Source: Paraspadella gotoi (lineage: Eukaryota; Animalia; Chaetognatha). From it: a stretch of 64,000 bases of DNA. The notes below the pieces were generated by a model. It searched no databases and was not told the origin of the DNA. It saw only the letters and a list, made by a program, of their open reading frames with translations. A program made the translations under genes and the position numbers. The first letter of the stretch is position 1, and the number at the start of each line of letters is the position of its first letter. The stretch spans positions 11,905,585 through 11,969,584 of the forward strand of contig CM119268.1 in the NCBI GenBank assembly GCA_051294375.1. Reading direction: 5' to 3'. Below, one piece after another: positions 58,123 through 64,000 of the stretch.

Positions 58123-61100
58123 GAGTGAGGTCGAGAAGAGCCTGGTGAGGTTCACGAATAATTTCACTCGAGTCTCATTTCTGTTCCGACGATTCGGGTG
58201 AGGAGATGAACGGACTCGATCGTTCGAAAGGCGAAGCGTCTTTGTCGGGCCGCTCCATTGCTTTCCTCTTGTCGCCAGATCTCGATGATGGCCTCTGCAG
58301 AATCGGGGACATCGGGACCTATCGTCTCTCTTCATTCGAATTGGGTGACGAGGCTTTCTTTTACAGTATTTGAGTAGCTTAGTTCACATATTATTAGTAG
58401 TTAATAAATATATTTTAGAACAAAAATATTTAAGTATGGATCTCGTCAACTAAATTCAGTTAAAATCTTGATTGAGATAAATTATTTAACTCTCAGGAAA
58501 CGGAAGCCAAAAAAGAATAGACATAATAAAACTAAAAACTATTTATACGCAATTTTAGACGCGTTAATATTTTCAAAATAAACGCACAAAACACTATAAA
58601 TTTGTTATTTAGGTTTAAGTAAAAATTTTTAACACAGCGAATGAGTCATCTCAAAGATTTTTTAAGTAGTTTACTTTTTTATTTTCATGCTTTTTGGAAA
58701 ATTTATCTGAAAAAAAAAAAAGCTAATGATATGGCTAATGCCCTATTTTTTTTCCCTTTCATTTAAAATTGAGAACTTCGGAAGAGTCCAATCAGCGCTG
58801 GACAAAAGCGCTTCAATTTCGTTTGAAGGCAGAACAAAAAAAAGTGAAACTTTCTTGAGCAAAAAGAAAGATTTTTGCATCTAATGACCGAGATCTGCAA
58901 GATTTCGACTCGGAGCCATGAAGCGTTGCCCCCCACCACCAAGTTTTAGGAACGCCATTGTTATTCACGTGATGCAAGAAGACAGCACAAGCACGCACCT
59001 CCAAATCCAGAGGATGACAAAATGCAGATGGTGTAGGTGAGAAAGAAACACTTTCTAAATTACATAAAAACTCTTATAATATAGTCTAAGTTATGAGTAT
59101 TGAAGTATCCATAATTAGTCGATTATTATTATTCTGATATTCTTGACATCCTGAGTTTAATAAACCAAATTTGAACAACGATGTCCGTTAATCTCCAATC
59201 AGAAAACAATGGTTAAGTAAAAAAAAAAAGAAAGCGCTTCAGCGCTGAAGCTTTTGAATGAGCGAGCCCGATGTCATATGTCAGAAACCAAGCCCAAGGC
59301 TCGTTAGCATTAATTCCCAATCCAAAATGAAATTTGCTTTGTAGGGACTCACCTCAGCTAAGCATTAGCAGTGCAGGCTTTCCAAGGAATACAAATTCCA
59401 TGAATTTCAATAAGTATAGATTTTTGAGCCAAAGCATGTTATTAAGAACTAAAACAAAATAGTATTCAAATATTTATAACTCCCTTCCTATAATAAAATC
59501 AGCACCTTAAAATCTTTTTTTTTTTCCTGATATTTTTTTCTATGCATAGACATAGTCACATTGATAAGATTCTTTTGAATTCAGATAATTCCAAACGTCG
59601 TTTGTTCAGCGCTGCAGAGAGCAGCAGCTTGTAAGAGAACCGTCCATAAAACGCTGCCAAAGACACTGGCCGGCAAGGCGATGTGTCATAGTAATATGAT
59701 AAGTACACGCTGCCAAGCCTGATGCCTATACAAGATTGGACACAGCGCTGCCTATGATGCTGCGTAGCCACTAGATCGTTGTTGGTTTTGAGCATTTTGT
59801 TTGAACATTTGCGCATGCACTGGCAGCGCATTGCCTTTCTTCAAAGAAGAAAGAAAGTAAGAATAGAAATCCCCATAAAAAAAAAACTGAATGGGGGAAA
59901 AATAATAGAAAGCGTGCACTCCTTATTTAAAATCTTTTTCCTTAAAATGACTTTTTTTGTAGAATGAAGGTTAAAGATTATCCTCTTTCTGATAAAGGTT
60001 TCACTTTCTCGTTCTTAGAACTCCGTGAACAAAGATTGTACTTTAGAAGTCCTCCCGACAAGTTAAATAAGTTACATTAAATTTAGTGCTTCCGATCATG
60101 TATAATAAAAAATAAAAACATTTCACTATTTTAAAGCTTCTTTAAAGTGATTTCTTCAAAAATTAAATTCAACGAATTTAAAAAATATCTTTCCAAAAAG
60201 AACTTAACCAGAAATTTCTAAGAAGTCATCGCTGACGTGCTCTGCGAGGCAAAGGGACTAGAGGTTTGGACGCTGCAGCCAAGTGCTGTCCTCCTGCCAC
60301 GCCTACAGTCACTGACAATGACGCTGGAGCCTCGTAACTATTCTTGATGCTGCAATTGCTGTACCAGTCTCAGCGGGACCTGGAATGTTGGCCGGCCTCT
60401 TTAAATGTTTTTGGCAGAGCTTTACATTCGTTCAAGGTGGACTATACTTTGTTAGCCATATTCTATACTTTATTGGAATAAAAAGCGAAGAGAAATCAAG
60501 TTTCCGTTTTTTTTTTAACTTAAGACCAAAAAAAAGGAATTCATTTCTTCGAATCTCTTGTGATTCGATTAATGTTGTTTTCAGCGCTGAATTTCCCACA
60601 CTCTTTGTTTCAATAAAATAGTAGTGCGTAATGGGTCAACCAATCGCATTTGGCAACAAAAAACCATTTCATTTGCAGAATGATTGATGACGCTCGTTTA
60701 ACATATCACACCACATTTACGATGACTAATGCAATGGGTAAAGCGCCAAAAAACTTAACCCTCTACCAAACTTTCAGAAGCAATGTACCTGAAAGTATTC
60801 AGCGTTTGCAGCACTTGCTTTGTTCGAGCGTTTTTTTTTCTCCCACAAAATAAAATTCGAAATTAATCGTTTTTTTCTAAATTCATTCCAAACTTATAAA
60901 AAAATTTTAAAATTAGAATATTCGTTTAAAATTTCCAAAAATCTTTTTTGAAGGTCTAAAGTTCAAATTCTAACCTATTTTGAACCTTTAAAATTGAAGT
61001 GAATATCTTCAGCGCTGCAACATTTAGCCTTTCTACGTAAAACAAGCGTATATTTTCTCCAACGCAGGGGCCATGGACAACCATTTTTAAAATTTTAAAA

Positions 61101-61441
61101 ATTCCAAGCATTTTAATATAACTGTATTCATTATTCTTTAAGTTTTTCCAAACAAACTACAATGTAAGTAATTAAATATTAATTAAGCTTGAAATTGTCT
61201 TTATATTTTCAAAATTCATTCTATTTTTTAAACATTGTATACATACAAACATACATTATTGATTCAGACTTTAATTCTCGTTTCTAAATGTACATCCATA
61301 ATTACTTCTTATTTGAAATACTCTTTACCAATTATTCTGTTTAAAGAATTCGTAGATACCTACAATTTGATTCAGATTCCTTGTTTTGGTTTTATATCAA
61401 TTCACACTCCCCGTTTATTATTATTATTATTATTATATATA

Positions 61442-61472
<31 letters not shown>

Positions 61473-61781
61473 TATTATTATTATTATTATTAGCAACTTA
61501 CGAGGAGAGAGATTACATGGTTAAGATAGACTATTAAAAATCTTAAAAGACTAATTCAACAAAAATTAAAAATGTTTTCAAGTGATAAATATTTTTTTTA
61601 TTTTTAATTGGACTTTCACTCTAGGCCAAGACACAACATACAAAATAACATATAATACAAACATAACTAGAAGGAAAACTCCTTGGCCAATGGAGTAAAA
61701 GAAGCGGGATGATAACTCACGCTTTACGTCGGCTCTAACTGCGTGACTCTCTCTGTCTCTGTCTCACCCTGATCTTCTCTT

Positions 61782-61821
<40 letters not shown>

Positions 61822-62561
61822 CTGCTTCTCTCTTCGTCCCACTCCCTAGATATTCTTGAGTGCGTCGTCTGGAAGTCTTCGACCTCGAGATCCACGTCGT
61901 CATCCTCGTCGTCACTATTATCGTCGTCGTCCGTTTCAACGAGCGTCGTCGTCGTCGTCGTCGTTCGTATATTCGTTGCTTTGGACCTTGCTGTTGTCCG
62001 TTGGAATCGTAAATGGCATCAGCTTTTATAAATTAGTTTAGTATTAATTAGTTGCGAGACCGTGGTCCTAATAACGCCAAGGTCAGACATTGATCCCTCA
62101 CTGGCAACTTTTATACGAGTATCAGAGATTTTTAAAACATCAAGTTCGAATTTGCATCCTTGTTTTTGTCGCTTTCTCATTGCACGAATGGAAATTTGAA
62201 AAGTAAAACGTTAATGGAAAAAAGAGTTACGAAAGTTTGAGAGTCAACGTAAATACGTTTATCTTTAGTCATTAGAATACTGGTTGGAGAGTTCAGCTCA
62301 TGAAATACGAGGTTTAAATAAATCGAATCTCACAAAAAGTACAATAGAGAATTAGAAAAAAAAATAGCAACGACGAGTGAGTCTTTTTCTTGAGGCCAAA
62401 TCGGTATTGGTGTCACCGCCCTTTCGCTTCCATGAATAGGAAACAATCGTTTATGTCTTATTTACGATTATCCGATTTATGAGGCTGAAGGCTCGTAAAA
62501 GTCTCTCTCTCATTCTCTCTTTCTGTCTGCTTCTCTCTCTCTCTCTCTCTCTCTCATCTCT

Positions 62562-62622
<61 letters not shown>

Positions 62623-63065
62623 TATGAGCTCGTCAAGTCAAGTTCAATAAAAACTCTAGATGTAGTTCCATCCTCGGACCAATTACTTCAAAACGTCAAA
62701 ACAAATCCGATCAGGAAAGATTAAAAAAAAAATTTAAAAACTCGGCGCTCGTTTTTAATTTTCACTTTCCACTCACCACCGCTCTGGCGAATTAAGTTCG
62801 GACGCGAGGAAGAAAACAAAAGTTGTCGATAGTAATGGAAAGTTTTGACCTAAATCTTCAAGGTTACGAAGGGTTAAGTCAACTCTGAAAAACAACAAAA
62901 GGACGCTAAACAAAAAAACCTATAATTCCAAACAAAAAAAAAAAGAAAAAAAAGAGAGAAAACTCAATGAATTTTCTTTCTTTTTTTTGGCTAGAAGGTC
63001 TGGCGTTCGAATCCTCGAGAGGGTCTGTCGACGAGCGAGCGCTCGAGGGAAAAAAACGGGACTAT

Positions 63066-63152
<87 letters not shown>

Positions 63153-64000
63153 AGAGAGAGAAAGAGGAAAAATGAAAGGCGAAATTAGGCGAAGCCATTT
63201 CACGGCTCTTCATGAATGGAATAAATGGCACCGACGACGGTAGATATTTTCCCCCACAACTTTCCATCGTATGTGAACCGTTGACCAAATTTTGGACTAA
63301 AGCTTCCGTTTTTTTCATAAAGGGAAACGATGGCAGCGAGGGAAAGTCGTCAGAGATGGCAAAAAGAAAAGACGGCAAAGTCATCAGAGATGGCAGAATG
63401 GGAAAGGCGGTAAGTCATCAGAGATGGCAGAAAGCTAAAGCCGGCAAAGTAGTCAGAGATTACAGAAAGGGAAAGCAAAGCCATCAGAGATGGCAGAAAT
63501 TGAGCAAAACTACTCTTCTTTCATTACGTTTCTTGGTTTAAAATATAATTTATTTCTTCATTTTCAAAACCGGATTCATACAGATGATACCATCTCATTT
63601 AAGGTTTTTTTTTTTTTCTTTTTTCGTTCTGTTAATTTAAATATTTATATTTTGTTGAATTGTAAACTGTACAATTTATGCGTTTATCTGTAATGCTGTA
63701 TGCCCTTTTGAATGTACTGTTTCAACTAATAGTTGTAAACGAATAAAACACATATATTAAGGAGAGATATTTTATCAAGGATGACGAATCCTAAATCACC
63801 GATCGTCTATGACGTCATTGATCACTGATCACATCAATGATCACAGCGACGGTGAATTGACTCTCCTTCTCTCTCCCTCCGACCGGCGTCGACTTGTCAC
63901 CCAAGCCTTTTGTGTTCTCGACCCAAAAATGACGGCTCGGAGGATCACGTGAACCGAATGGCGGTGAAAGGTCACGTGACCAGGGAAAATCTCGGTGACC
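58123..64000 (-). repeat. Right arm of a large inverted duplication (runs off the window)
   Basis: Near-identical inverted copy of 47312-53068, with scattered SNPs, 1-nt indels and a 162-bp insertion (63594-63755). Confidence 0.97.

Noticed and set aside
47312-64000. Polinton, Mutator or other autonomous transposon with long TIRs
   Set aside because: No transposase, integrase or polymerase ORF is visible in the arms or spacer, the arms contain host-like exons and microsatellites, and the outer ends are not visible.

Overview
Eukaryotic (animal-like) draft assembly with N gaps, AT-rich introns, CpG-rich exons and very many (GA)n/(CT)n tracts. Most ORFs in the supplied track are low-complexity artefacts. 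Main content: (1) A ninein/ninein-like centrosomal gene on +, 12719-40442. I reconstructed 30 coding exons by hand, all GT-AG with consistent phases, giving about 2,800 aa with N-terminal EF-hands, a long coiled coil and the NIN/NINL C-terminal signature LLLKDLYVENAH. (2) A 5-exon FAM92/CIBAR BAR-domain ciliary gene nested antisense in intron 18 (30944-29462). It has a perfect RFX X-box upstream and one apparent 1-nt frameshift. (3) A probable internal promoter with its own first exons feeding a 2,448-nt symmetric exon that carries a PxIxIT calcineurin-docking motif, i.e. a candidate EF-hand-less isoform. (4) A large inverted duplication with arms of at least 5.7 kb (47312-53068 and 58123-64000+) around a 5-kb spacer; it may be real or haplotypic. 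(5) A hAT-like MITE, a tRNA-derived element, minisatellites and an intronic pair of alternative hairpins. All family calls rest on hand translation and remembered sequences; no searches were run.
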